A stretch of DNA of 64,000 nt from an uncultured delta proteobacterium (GCA_963761335.1 CAVXGR010000005.1:288001-352000); one strand, 5' to 3'; positions 38,532 to 48,365 are shown, counted from the first letter of the stretch. The notes: a model not told the origin generated them from the letters alone. Translations and numbers: made by a program.

Positions 38532-39228
38532 GAGGCTGTCTCAAGACCTGGGCAAGACGATTCCGCCGGCCCGCGAGCCAAGGGTAGAAGCGGCGTCTCG
38601 CCGCTTCGGGAAGCGCCGGGACGGCGCTTCTACCTTGGCAAGATGATTCCGCCGGCCCGCGAGTCAAGGTAGAAGCGGCGTCTCGCCGCTTCGGGAAGCG
38701 CCGGGACGGCGCTTCTACCTGGCAAGACGATTCCGCCGGCCCGCGAGCCAAGGGTAGAAGCGGCGTCTCGCCGCTTCGGGAAGCGCCGGGACGGCGCTTC
38801 TACCTTGGCAAGATGATTCCGCCGGCCCGCGAGTCAAGGTAGAAGCGGCGTCTCGCCGCTTCGGGAAGCGCCGGGACGGCGCTTCTCCTTGGCAAGATGA
38901 TTCCGCCGGCCCGCGAGTCAAGGTAGAAGCGGCGTCTCGCCGCTTCGGGAAGCGCCGGGACGGCGCTTCTACCTGGGCAAGATGATTCCGCCGGCCCGCG
39001 AGTCAAGGTAGAAGCGGCGTCTCGCCGCTTCGGGAAGCGCCGGGACGGCGCTTCTACCTGGGCAAGACGATTCCGCCGGCCCGCGAGTCAAGGTAGAAGC
39101 GGCGTCTCGCCGCTTCGGGAAGCGCCGGGACGGCGCTTCTACCTGGGCAAGATGATTCTGCCGGCCCGCGAGCCAAGGGTAGAAGCGGCGTCTCGCCGCT
39201 TCGGAAAGCGCCGGGACGGCGCTTCTAC
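38532..39228. repeat. Tandem array of eight ~85-bp units (50-bp REP doublet + ~35-bp near-constant linker)
   Basis: Doublets start at 38584, 38669, 38754, 38839, 38923, 39008, 39093 and 39179; preceded by GAGGCTGTCTCAAGAC. Confidence 0.95.
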
Positions 39229-39261
39229 TCGACCGAAACCCGCCAACCCGCACCAGCGCCT

Positions 39262-39798
39262 CTAGCCCGCCGTCAGCTTGCGAACGATCTCTTCGACGGC
39301 GCCGTCGGCGATGGCGATCATCTCGTCATCGGTGCGGTCCTGGATGGGATGCTCGACATAGACGGCGGCGGCCTCGGCGCCGAGGGCGCGCGCCTGGTGC
39401 TCAGCCCCGTCGGTGAAGGCGACGGTGGCCACGAAGACGCCGGGGATGCCGCGCGCCTCCAGGTCGACGATGTCGTGCACACTGCACGACGTGCAGCTCC
39501 CTCAGTCGGCGAGTGCCTCGATGACCGCGTTGCAGCTGGCGGCGATCTCCTGGCGCAGGTCGACCGGTGCCGGCTTGGTGAAGGTCGGCTTGCGAAAGCG
39601 CTTCACCTCGACGCCGCGCTGGCGCAGATGCCCCTCGAGGCGATCGAGGAAGACGTCGCCGCGCGGCTTGGAGATGTCCAGCATGGCGACCGTCATCCCC
39701 TGCAGGGTCTGCGGCCGTGGCACGTGGCGCCGCTCTCCCGCGTCGCGTTCCCCGGTGGGATCGAGAAGCACCCGCTCGCTCTTCTCTGCTGCGCTCAT
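39262..39798 (-). CDS. UGSC-motif selenoprotein (178 aa; in-frame TGA at 39502-39504 read as Sec)
   Basis: The two track ORFs are in frame across one TGA: IEALAD-TGA-GSCTSCSVHDIVDLEARGIP; hairpin just 3' of the TGA. Confidence 0.85.
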
Positions 39799-41240
39799 GG
39801 TCTGACCTCCCTCATCACCGGCTGGCTGCCGATCTCGCCGTTCACCCAGCCGCCGATCATGGCAGAAAACAACCCCGCGGCGCCACCGCAGTGAACGATG
39901 AGCAGGCCACCCGGCCGAAACTTCGGCAGGGTGGCGCCGCCAAACTGCTCCGGCACTCCCTCGGCGATCTCGCCGGCGCCGCGCACCAGCTCGCTAGCGG
40001 GGATTTGCAGCAGCTCATACAGCCGGGCCGCCAGCTGAGCCTTGTCCCAACCCGCCTCCGCAAAGACGCGGGCGTGATCGGGACTGACGGCGAGGATGCA
40101 GTCGAAGGCCATCACCAGCTTGGGGTGGTGCAGGCTGCGCAGGTTCACCGCGAACGAGCGCGCCAGAGACTCCGGATCGCGCGACAGCTGGTCGACGATG
40201 CTGCGCGGCCCTTCTCCGGGAAAGAGAGTCACTGTGCTGGTTCCCGGTGCGGCTCCCAGGTCCGCCGAGAGCGGCTGCCAGGGCGAGCCTTCCTCGTCCT
40301 CGGCGAAGCAGAAGCCGATCTTTCCCGGATTGCCGAAGGTGGCGCGATCGACCTCGCCGGGGCGGCCGCCGCCGACGTTTCTGACCACCAGCTGCAGGGC
40401 GCGGCCGATGCTGCTGTTGGCGCGGTTTCCCTGGCCGAAGACGTTGATGCCGGCGTTCATTGCCAGGCGGCGTCGGATCGGACCGTTGACGACGATGACC
40501 GGGCCCACGGGCATGGTGGTCGCCAGCAGGCCGTGCATGTTGAACTCCGGCGTGCACGCCGCCTCCACCGCGGCGAGCACCACCGGCAGGTGCTCGGGGA
40601 GGCAGCCGGCCATGACGGCGTTGATCGCCACCTTCTCCACCGTGCACTCGACCAGATCGGGAGGAACGACGGCGACCACTTCGTGTGCCCGTCGCGCCGT
40701 GCCTTCGAGCATGGTGAGGACGCGCTTCTCCGTGGGCGGCACCACCGGCAGGCCGTCGCTCCAACCGCGCGCGTACGCCGCCTCGATATCGTCTTCCAAG
40801 GGCGCCAGCTCGACGCGGCGAGCCCGCAGGACAGAGCGCCGGAAGCGCAGGCGCAAGTCCGGCAGCAGGTCGGGATCGACGCTGCGCGAGCCGCAGCCGG
40901 GACGCCACTCCGGAAGGCCCGCCCCCAGCGGCGCGATGCCGGTGATCTCCTCCCACTCCCCGCGGTGCCAACCGACGGCTCGCGCTTGCTCACGTCCATC
41001 TGCGGCGCGCAGCAGCGTCGGCACGGTCTCGATGCGGCGATGCCACGACATCTCCAGCTCGGTGTCGTCGCGCACCGCCACGCCGTGCGGGAAGGTCGGA
41101 TCGTCCTGCGAGTAGACAGTGAGGTCGAGCCGCTTTGCCAGCTCCGCCAGCACCGGTGCCACCAGCACGCACGTCGGGCACTCGCGCTTGACGAAGGCGA
41201 CGAAGGCGGAGGGCAGGGGCGGGGGCTGCGGCTCGCTCAT
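39795..41240 (-). CDS. Thioredoxin-like (CPTC) protein fused to a GWSDGLPVVPPT domain, UGSC partner
   Basis: FVKRECPTC, IETVPTL, RPGCGS, INAVMAGC and GNRANSSIGRA motifs; stop overlaps the UGSC start. Confidence 0.8.
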   Translation of the reverse strand: MSEPQPPPLPSAFVAFVKRECPTCVLVAPVLAELAKRLDLTVYSQDDPTFPHGVAVRDDTELEMSWHRRIETVPTLLRAADGREQARAVGWHRGEWEEITGIAPLGAGLPEWRPGCGSRSVDPDLLPDLRLRFRRSVLRARRVELAPLEDDIEAAYARGWSDGLPVVPPTEKRVLTMLEGTARRAHEVVAVVPPDLVECTVEKVAINAVMAGCLPEHLPVVLAAVEAACTPEFNMHGLLATTMPVGPVIVVNGPIRRRLAMNAGINVFGQGNRANSSIGRALQLVVRNVGGGRPGEVDRATFGNPGKIGFCFAEDEEGSPWQPLSADLGAAPGTSTVTLFPGEGPRSIVDQLSRDPESLARSFAVNLRSLHHPKLVMAFDCILAVSPDHARVFAEAGWDKAQLAARLYELLQIPASELVRGAGEIAEGVPEQFGGATLPKFRPGGLLIVHCGGAAGLFSAMIGGWVNGEIGSQPVMREVRP

Positions 41241-41389
41241 AGGCTCCAAGAATTCCACATTCGCGGGCCCCCGCGCCAGCCCGGGCTGAGCAGCTCGGAG
41301 TAGTGGTGGATCTTGAGATCAACTGCGTTTCGTTTCAAAATCCCCTTACCGATCAAAATCCCCCACGACCCAACTTGGGCGGGGGGATC

Positions 41390-41610
41390 GCGCCGCGGAG
41401 CGGCGCAGGCATGTAGCCCCGGGTCGGAGACCCGGGGATCCCGGGTCCGCCTTCCCCGAAGCGGCCCGCCGGGGGCGCAGGCGTGCAAGCCCGGGTGCAG
41501 AGACCTGTGTCAAAATCGCGCCCGCGCCCCTGGCGGGGCGCCAACGGACGTCGACTTCGGGATCCCCGGGTCAGAGCCCCGGGGCTACACGCCTGCGCCC
41601 CTCCGGGGCG
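41390..41610. repeat. Cluster of family B GTAG REPs
   Basis: GTAGCCCCGGGtcggagaCCCGGGG at 41413, an inverted copy ending ~41588, and CGCCCC-N3-GGGGCG hairpins. Confidence 0.8.
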
Positions 41611-41783
41611 AATGATCTCCGCGCTCCCGGCCACAGATGCAACCTGGGGAAGTCGGGTTCGACTCAACGAAGCGGGGGTTGTGGTGGATCGAAGTTTACC
41701 GCGTTTCATTTCAAAATCCCCCACTACCCCGCTCGGGATGGGCTTGACGCGAGCGGCGCCCGGCCGCTATTCGCTCGAGCTGG

Positions 41784-42536
41784 ATGACGGCGAAGACGAT
41801 GCAGGGTGGAGTCGCGGTGCTGGTCGGGCTGCTCGCGGCCGCAGTGGCCGCGGCCGCGGTGAGCTTTCCCGAGAAACCGCCCGCGGATCATTTCTATCGC
41901 GACGAGGCGGGGCTGATCCATGAGGCCGAAGGCCGCGAGATCGACCGCATCGCCGGCGAGCTTCTGAAAGAGCAGCAGATCCCCATCGTCGTGGTGACCA
42001 TCGACTCGCTGGCGGCGCACGGGGCGGCGGGGTACACGATCGAGCGCTACGCCGCCGAGCTGTTCGACCACTGGGGCATCGGCTCACAGCGGCGCAACTA
42101 CGGCATGCTGCTGCTGGTGTCGCGCGGCGACCGCCGCGCCCGCATCGAGCTCGGTACCGCCTGGGGGCACGCGACCGACCTCCAGGCGCAGCAGGTGATG
42201 AACACTCTCATCGTCCCGGAGTTCCGCAACGGAAACTACTCGGAGGGCATTCTCGCCGGCGTGCGCGGCATGGATGCCATGGCGCGCGGCCTGCAATTGC
42301 CGCGGCCGAAGCAGCCGTGGTGGGCGCTGCCGCTGTTGATCGCTCTCATCGCGCTGGTCGTGGGCGTGATCGTCTCGCTGTTCAAGAGCGGCCGGACGGG
42401 ATGGGGCTGGGCGCTGATCATCGCCCTTGGAGCGCTGCTCTTCTTTCTGCTGCGCGCCGCGGCGAGGAGTGGTGGCAGCGGCGGCGCCTTCGGCGGTGGC
42501 TCTTCCGGAGGCGGTGGCGCCTCGGGCTCGTGGTGA
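41784..42536 (+). CDS. TPM domain protein (YgcG-like) with Gly-rich tail
   Basis: VVVTIDSL, LFDHWGIG, GMLLLVS, RIELG and FGGGSSGGGGASGSW motifs. Confidence 0.9.
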   Translation: MTAKTMQGGVAVLVGLLAAAVAAAAVSFPEKPPADHFYRDEAGLIHEAEGREIDRIAGELLKEQQIPIVVVTIDSLAAHGAAGYTIERYAAELFDHWGIGSQRRNYGMLLLVSRGDRRARIELGTAWGHATDLQAQQVMNTLIVPEFRNGNYSEGILAGVRGMDAMARGLQLPRPKQPWWALPLLIALIALVVGVIVSLFKSGRTGWGWALIIALGALLFFLLRAAARSGGSGGAFGGGSSGGGGASGSW

Positions 42537-42548
42537 GGAGGTGACGAG

Positions 42549-43229
42549 GTGAGACGGGCCAGCGCCTATTTCTCCGCCGAGGAGAAGCAGCGGATCGAGG
42601 CCGCGGTCGGCGAGGCCGAAGCGCAGACCGCGGGCGAGATCGTGCCGGTGGTGGCCACTGCCTCGGGCCGTTACGACCGCGGCGAGGATCTCTTCGGGTT
42701 GGTATGCGCCGTGGTGGCCGTGGCCGTCGTCTGGTGGCTCAGCCAGGGGATCGAGGCAACGCAGACGGAGTGGGCGGTGAAGACCGAGCTGGCCCTCGGC
42801 CTCCCCGCCATCGTCATCACCCTCGTCGCCGCCTTTCTGGTCGGTGCCGTCGCCGCCACTTTCTTCCCGCTTCTCCGCCTGCCATTCATCAGCCGCAGCG
42901 AGATGGAGGAGGAGGTGGAGCGCGGCGCCGCCGCTGCCTTCCATCGCTTCCGCGTCCGCCGCACCGCCGCCGGCACCGGCGTGCTCATCTACGTCTCTCT
43001 GTACGAGCGTATGGTGCGCGTGCTCGGCGACGACGCCATCAACGAGAAGGTGTCGGCGGCGGAATGGAGCACGATCTGCAACCGCGCCGTCGAGGGACTG
43101 CGCCAGGAGCGCGGCGCCGATGGCCTTGCCGCGGCGATTCGCGAGGCGGGTGAGCTACTGCGCCGCCATTTTCCCCGGCAGCCCGGCGATCGCGACGAGC
43201 TCGGCAACCAGCTGCACCTCGTCGACTGA
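42549..43229 (+). CDS. TPM-domain membrane protein (partner of the YgcG-like gene)
   Basis: AEAQTAGEIVPV, GVLIYVSLYE, D.DEL.N motifs. Confidence 0.85.
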   Translation: MRRASAYFSAEEKQRIEAAVGEAEAQTAGEIVPVVATASGRYDRGEDLFGLVCAVVAVAVVWWLSQGIEATQTEWAVKTELALGLPAIVITLVAAFLVGAVAATFFPLLRLPFISRSEMEEEVERGAAAAFHRFRVRRTAAGTGVLIYVSLYERMVRVLGDDAINEKVSAAEWSTICNRAVEGLRQERGADGLAAAIREAGELLRRHFPRQPGDRDELGNQLHLVD

Positions 43230-43240
43230 ACGTCGGCGGG

Positions 43241-44041
43241 CTACTCGATCTTGACGGATGCGTCCTCGATGATGGCGCCGTACTTGTAGCCGAAGCCGTA
43301 GTCCTTGTCGGTGCCGAGCTTGCCGCGCACCAGCACGGTGTCGCCCACCGAGGCGCTTTCACCCGTGGTCACCGCCAGGTCGTTGGTGCCGGCGTTGCCG
43401 CTGCCGTCGCGGATGTGGATCCAGTTCTTGCCCATGACCGAGGGGGTGTACTTCACCACCCGGCCGCGTACCGCCACGTCCTTCCCGGCGAGCTCCGCCT
43501 TCTTGGCGAACAGCTCGGCCACCGTGTAGCCGCCCGCGGCCTTCTCGATGTTCGACAGGTCGACGGTGGTGGGCTCGTTCGAAAGCGCCGCGGCGCCGTG
43601 CGGCGGCTGAACGGCGTGTGGCGCCGCAGCGGCGTGTGGTGCACTGGCGCCCGCCGCCTTCTCGCCGCCGGCCACCTGCACGCCGGAAACGAAGTAGACG
43701 ACGTCGAAGGTCCGCTTGAGGGTGCTGCTGTGGAAGTCGCGCATCGGGACACCCTCCGGCACGACCACCGTGTCGCCGACGGCGACCGTGAAGCGCGGCG
43801 CCGCCGCCCAGACCTTCTTGGTGCCGTCATCCACGAGCACGTAGGTGTACTCGGCGGCGTTCATCGTCTCCGCGACCTTGCCAGTGATCATCGTCTGCCC
43901 GGACGGTGCGGCGAAGCCGTGCCCGTGGGCGCTCGGCAGGCCGCCGGCGGGCAATTGCGCCCGGGCGACGTGCACGGCCGGTGGGGTTGCGAGTAGAGCC
44001 GCAGTGGTTGCGGCGATGAACGCAGCGGAGAAATGTGTCAC
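43241..44041 (-). CDS. Exported double OB-fold protein (NrfJ-related)
   Basis: AAGGAG RBS + GTG; GKVAETMNAAEYTYV, STLKRTFDVVYF, MGKNWIHIRDGSG and DKDYGFGYKY motifs. Confidence 0.75.
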   Translation of the reverse strand: MTHFSAAFIAATTAALLATPPAVHVARAQLPAGGLPSAHGHGFAAPSGQTMITGKVAETMNAAEYTYVLVDDGTKKVWAAAPRFTVAVGDTVVVPEGVPMRDFHSSTLKRTFDVVYFVSGVQVAGGEKAAGASAPHAAAAPHAVQPPHGAAALSNEPTTVDLSNIEKAAGGYTVAELFAKKAELAGKDVAVRGRVVKYTPSVMGKNWIHIRDGSGNAGTNDLAVTTGESASVGDTVLVRGKLGTDKDYGFGYKYGAIIEDASVKIE

Positions 44042-44126
44042 GGATCGCTCCTTGGCAGTGGATATCGTGGGGCAGCTCGCGAAAGATGCGTATACCGGAT
44101 GCGGTTGAATTGGTAGGGGGACCCCT

Positions 44127-44610
44127 TGGGGGACAGTGCGTCGTGAGCCTTGCGGCTCACCAATAGACGATGAAGATGAGGCTGGGTATCTGACCCGGGA
44201 AGAGATTTGGCGGTTCTCGCCTGGGCGAAGTTCGCCCCGGAGGGGCGGTGCCGTGTAGCCCGGGGTGAAACCCCGGGGGAAATTCATCGACGTGATTCAT
44301 GCGGCCTCGACGCCTGCGCCCCTCCGGGGCGGGTATCGGGGAAGCCGACGCGCTGTTCCCCGGGTTTCACCCGGGGCTACATGCCCGCGCCGCTCCGCGG
44401 CTCAATCCCCGACACCTCCCCATCTCCCCGGTTGAACCGGGCTTTCCCGGGGATGCACCCGCGGTCCTCGGGGTTTGGACGTCATTCGCCCCGGAGGGGC
44501 GCGGGCATGTAGCCCCGGGTCGAAGACCCGGGGGACCCCGAAGCCGGCTGGGTTGCGCCCCGCAGGGGCGCAGGCATGTAGCCCCGGGTCTTCGACCCGG
44601 GGGACCCCCC
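44127..44610. repeat. REP/BIME-like mosaic, family B (four REPs)
   Basis: GTAG-CCC(C)GGG hairpins near 44255, 44357 (inverted), 44509 and 44578; first ~150 bp repeats 30221-30370. Confidence 0.85.
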
Positions 44611-44647
44611 GTTGCCGGCTCTGCCTGCGGCATATTAGGGTGCGCGT

Positions 44648-46132
44648 ATGAAGCTTCGCCCGACGGGCGCGGGCATGGCGGCGGCCCTGGCGCTGGCTCT
44701 CGCATCGTGCTCCGCGCCGGATACGCGGCCTTCCGTTCTTCTCTTCGTCTTCGACACGACGCGGGTCGACGCGGTATCGGCATATGGCGCCGTCGCCGGA
44801 ACCACCCCGGAGCTCGACCGCCTGGCCTCCTCCGGCCTCCGCTACCAGCACGCCTACGCCAATGCGCCGTGGACTCTGCCGTCGCACGCCACGCTGTTCA
44901 CCGGGCTGTTGCCGCATCAGCACGGCGTCGGCTATCGCGGCGTGCGCGCGCCCGATTCCCTGGTGATGCTCGCCGAGCGCCTGCGCGATGCCGGCTACGA
45001 GACCGCCGCCTTCTCCGAGAACCCGTTCGTCAGCGAGACCTTCAACATGATGCAGGGCTTCGAAACGCTCGACAACGATCGCGGCGAGCGACCCATCGCT
45101 GACGTTCGCGATCCGGCGCCGGGTCAGTACAATGTCCAGGAGCTGGTCGCTGCCTGGGCGCAGCAGCGCAAGCGCGGGCGGCCGTTCTTTCTGTTCGTGA
45201 ATGTGATGAACGCGCACGAGCCCTATCCGATCCGCGCCGAGAACCCGTTCGTGCCGAGGGGCGTCGATGCCCGGGCGCTGCAGGGGCTGAATCGAAAGGT
45301 CCACAAGCGCATCTGCGCGGCGCTGCCGCCGCCGAAGCAGATCGAGGCCCTGAAGGGGCTCTATCTCGGGGGCGTTGCCGCGGACGACGCCAAGCTGCGG
45401 GCGGTGCTGGGAGCGCTGCGCGACGCGGGCGCGAGCCAGCGGCTGGTCACCATCGTCACCGCCGACCACGGCGAGCACTTCGGCGAGCACCGCCTGATGG
45501 AGCACAACTTCAGCGTGCGCGAAGCGCTGCTGCACGTGCCGCTGGTGATCTCGGGCGCGCCGGGTGCCGCGCCGGCGGTGATCGATCAGCCGGTGCAGCT
45601 GGCGGACGTCGTCCCCAGCGTGCTGCGCTGGGTCGGGGCGCCGGTTCCGGCCGATCTCCCCGGCCGCCCGCTGCCCACGGAGGCGAGCACGACTCAGGTG
45701 GCGCGTGACATCGTGGCCGAGTACACCGAGCCCGACAACATTGCTGATGCACCCGACCAACCGGACTGGCTCAGAGAGGCCCACGCCGAGATCCAGGCGA
45801 CGCGCTCCGTCTGCACGGCGCAGGACCGGGTCTTCGGCAACATGCTGGCGCTGGTCCGCTACCCATTCAAGCTGATCTGGTTCGAGCGCTATCCGGCGGA
45901 GCTGTACGACCTCTCGAGCGACCCGGAGGAACGTTCCGATCTGTCAACCGCGCGTCCCGAGTTGGCGGCGAAGATGCATGCCGAGGTCGAAGCGCTGATT
46001 GCGCAGGCTCCCGGCGCGCCGGCGCCCGCGCCGGAGGCGACCGTGCCGCCGGAGGTTCGGGAACGTCTGCGCGCCCTCGGCTACATCGGCGGCGCCACGC
46101 CCGCGGCGGGCTCGACGCCGCTATCTGAGTAG
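44648..46132 (+). CDS. Sulfatase-like lipoprotein (alkaline phosphatase superfamily)
   Basis: LASC lipobox; DTTRVD, APWTLPSHATLFTG, ADHGE and ELYDL..DP.E motifs. Confidence 0.85.
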   Translation: MKLRPTGAGMAAALALALASCSAPDTRPSVLLFVFDTTRVDAVSAYGAVAGTTPELDRLASSGLRYQHAYANAPWTLPSHATLFTGLLPHQHGVGYRGVRAPDSLVMLAERLRDAGYETAAFSENPFVSETFNMMQGFETLDNDRGERPIADVRDPAPGQYNVQELVAAWAQQRKRGRPFFLFVNVMNAHEPYPIRAENPFVPRGVDARALQGLNRKVHKRICAALPPPKQIEALKGLYLGGVAADDAKLRAVLGALRDAGASQRLVTIVTADHGEHFGEHRLMEHNFSVREALLHVPLVISGAPGAAPAVIDQPVQLADVVPSVLRWVGAPVPADLPGRPLPTEASTTQVARDIVAEYTEPDNIADAPDQPDWLREAHAEIQATRSVCTAQDRVFGNMLALVRYPFKLIWFERYPAELYDLSSDPEERSDLSTARPELAAKMHAEVEALIAQAPGAPAPAPEATVPPEVRERLRALGYIGGATPAAGSTPLSE

Positions 46133-46159
46133 CGTCGGGCCCGCCGCCGCGTCAGGGCG

Positions 46160-47437
46160 TCACGCCGCGCAGGCGAGCAGGCGCGGGTCGAGGCAGTTCG
46201 GCGCCGTGGTATCGATGTTGCCGTCGCCGTCGACGTCGATCTCCACCGACATGTCGGAGCGGTAGAAGACCTGCGCCGTCGACTGCCCGATTTCGACCGC
46301 GATGTTGCCGGCGTCCGGACAGATCGCGCCGCTCGGTACCGACAGCGCCGCCGGCGTGGTCAGGCTGACGTCTCCGCCGAAGCACGTCGAGCTCACCATG
46401 CCCGTGACCGTGAAGATCGTCGATGGGCCGCTGTCGTCGACGTCGATGCGGAAGCCGGTGAAAGACGCCGACTTGGGCTCACCCGAAGGACTGAAGAGTG
46501 AGGCGGGTCCGTTGAAGGTGAGGGTGTAGATGGTGGGGACGCAGTCGGTGTTGAAAGTGATGTTGCTGACCACCACCGTGGTGTCCGAGAACGACATGCC
46601 CACGCTGCCGTCGACGGTGGTGGCGCTCAGCGAGCCGTTGGCGATGGTGAGGGTCGCGGCGGTCAGATAGCAGCTGCCGCCGAGCGCCGGGCTGACGCTG
46701 CCCGACAGCGTCGCCGAGGCCGTCTCCGTCTGCTGGTCGGCCTGGTCGCGGAAGACCATGGTGATGTTCACCGAGAAGCTCGTCACCAGGGAGATGATCG
46801 CGGTGCCGTCGTAGGTGACCGAGCCGTCGCCGGTGGCGAGCTTGCAGGCGGTGAGGGTGATGGTTTGGCCGGTGATCGGGTTGCCCGTCTTCGTTGCCGT
46901 GCCGCCGAGGGGGCAGGCGCTGGCGCCGCCACCCCCGTCGGTGTCGAGGGTGACCAGGGCCGACGTGCTAGTGAGGCCAGTGACCAGGGCGCCGACGATG
47001 CTTGGAACCAGGGCCATGGAGTTGACGATTACCGTCGTGCCGCCGGCGACCGAGTCGACGGGAGCCGAGGTCGGCGTCACCATCGTGGCCGTGGGCGTGG
47101 GCGAGACGGTTTGCGTGAATGTCGGCGTCGGCGGACGCGAGGTCGGGGTCTCCGGCGGCCCCTGGCACATGTTGCCGGCGTTGATCACGGCGATCAGCAG
47201 CTCGTTGGCTTTGACGGCGCCGTCGCTGTTGGTGTCGAGCGAGGCGCAGTCGCCGAGCAGCTGCGCGTCGAAGATGACGTCGATCGCCTGCTGGATCTCC
47301 GCGGCGGTCACTTGGGTGTCGCTGTTGCAGTCGCCGGCGCAGGTGGTGCCGCCGGCACGCGCCGTGCCGACTCCAGCGAGGAGAGCGCAAAAGACCAGAA
47401 CCACCAAGCCGCTCCAGAGTCCAGCCGAAAGCTTCAT
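46160..47437 (-). CDS. Secreted protein with dockerin-like module, Pro/Thr linker and beta-rich Cys-containing domain
   Basis: Signal peptide; CAGDCNSDTQVTAAEI, DTNSDGAVKANELL, PTPT linker. Confidence 0.7.
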   Translation of the reverse strand: MKLSAGLWSGLVVLVFCALLAGVGTARAGGTTCAGDCNSDTQVTAAEIQQAIDVIFDAQLLGDCASLDTNSDGAVKANELLIAVINAGNMCQGPPETPTSRPPTPTFTQTVSPTPTATMVTPTSAPVDSVAGGTTVIVNSMALVPSIVGALVTGLTSTSALVTLDTDGGGGASACPLGGTATKTGNPITGQTITLTACKLATGDGSVTYDGTAIISLVTSFSVNITMVFRDQADQQTETASATLSGSVSPALGGSCYLTAATLTIANGSLSATTVDGSVGMSFSDTTVVVSNITFNTDCVPTIYTLTFNGPASLFSPSGEPKSASFTGFRIDVDDSGPSTIFTVTGMVSSTCFGGDVSLTTPAALSVPSGAICPDAGNIAVEIGQSTAQVFYRSDMSVEIDVDGDGNIDTTAPNCLDPRLLACAA

Positions 47438-47612
47438 GTGCTCCCACCCTTTCCGTGTCGGGGCGGCAGCGCGCCGATGACGCCCCTGACTCGCCTCGAG
47501 TCCCGCTGCTCTGGGCCGGGCTGTAATCCGGCGGCAGCGCCGAGTCAATAACCAATCGGGACGGTCGGGAAAACGCCCGGCTCGCGGAATGCAAAAGGGG
47601 GGCGCCAAGAGG

Positions 47613-48365
47613 TCAGGTCTTCTTCTGCTGGAGCTGGCCGGCGACGTTGCTGGTGGCCTTGTTCACGGCCTCCGGATCGCCGAGGTAGAAGCTGCGCTGC
47701 GGCCGCAGGTCGTCGTCGAGCTCGTAGACGAGAGGAATGCCGGTGGGGATGTTGAGGCCGACGATCTCGTCATCGCCGACACGGTCGAGGTATTTCACCA
47801 GGGCGCGCAGGCTGTTGCCATGCGCCGAGATGAGCACGCGCTGGCCGGCGCGAACCGCGGGGGCGATGGTGTCGTTCCAGTAGGGGAGAAAGCGCTCGAC
47901 GGTGTCCTTGAGGCATTCGGTGAGCGGCAGCTCGGCGCGGCCGAGCCCGGCATAGCGCGGATCCTTCCCCGGATCGCGGGGGTCGTCCGCCGTCAGGCTG
48001 GGGGGCCGCACGTCGTAGCTGCGCCGCCAGATCTGGGTCTGCTCCATGCCGTGGCGCGCCGCGGTCTCCGCCTTGTTGAGGCCCTGCAGAGCGCCGTAGT
48101 GCCGCTCGTTCAGGCGCCAGCTGCGGTGCACCGGGATCCACATCAGATCCATCTCTTCGAGGACGATCCACAGAGTCTTGATGGCGCGCTTGAGCACCGA
48201 GGTGTAGGCGACGTCGAAGACATAGCCGTCGCGCCGCAGCACGCGACCGGCCTCGTGGGCCTCCTCTTCGCCCTTGGGGCTCAGGCCGACGTCGGTCCAG
48301 CCCGTGAATCGGTTCTCCCTGTTCCACTCGCTCTCGCCGTGGCGGACGAGCACCAACCGCTTCAT
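47613..48365 (-). CDS. gpmA: 2,3-BPG-dependent phosphoglycerate mutase
   Basis: [28 protein letters not shown] and IPTGIP motifs. Confidence 0.97.
   Translation of the reverse strand: MKRLVLVRHGESEWNRENRFTGWTDVGLSPKGEEEAHEAGRVLRRDGYVFDVAYTSVLKRAIKTLWIVLEEMDLMWIPVHRSWRLNERHYGALQGLNKAETAARHGMEQTQIWRRSYDVRPPSLTADDPRDPGKDPRYAGLGRAELPLTECLKDTVERFLPYWNDTIAPAVRAGQRVLISAHGNSLRALVKYLDRVGDDEIVGLNIPTGIPLVYELDDDLRPQRSFYLGDPEAVNKATSNVAGQLQQKKT

Noticed and set aside
38532..39228. CRISPR array
   Set aside because: The intervening segments are near-identical rather than unique spacers, the repeat is a REP doublet also found singly elsewhere, and no cas genes are in the window
38386..39253. Short ORFs with VEAASRRFGKRRDGAST-type repeats
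   Set aside because: Translations of the DNA repeat; no RBS or protein-family features
39262..39798. Pseudogene or two separate small genes
   Set aside because: A single in-frame TGA sits exactly in a UxxC redox motif with a downstream hairpin; Sec recoding explains it better
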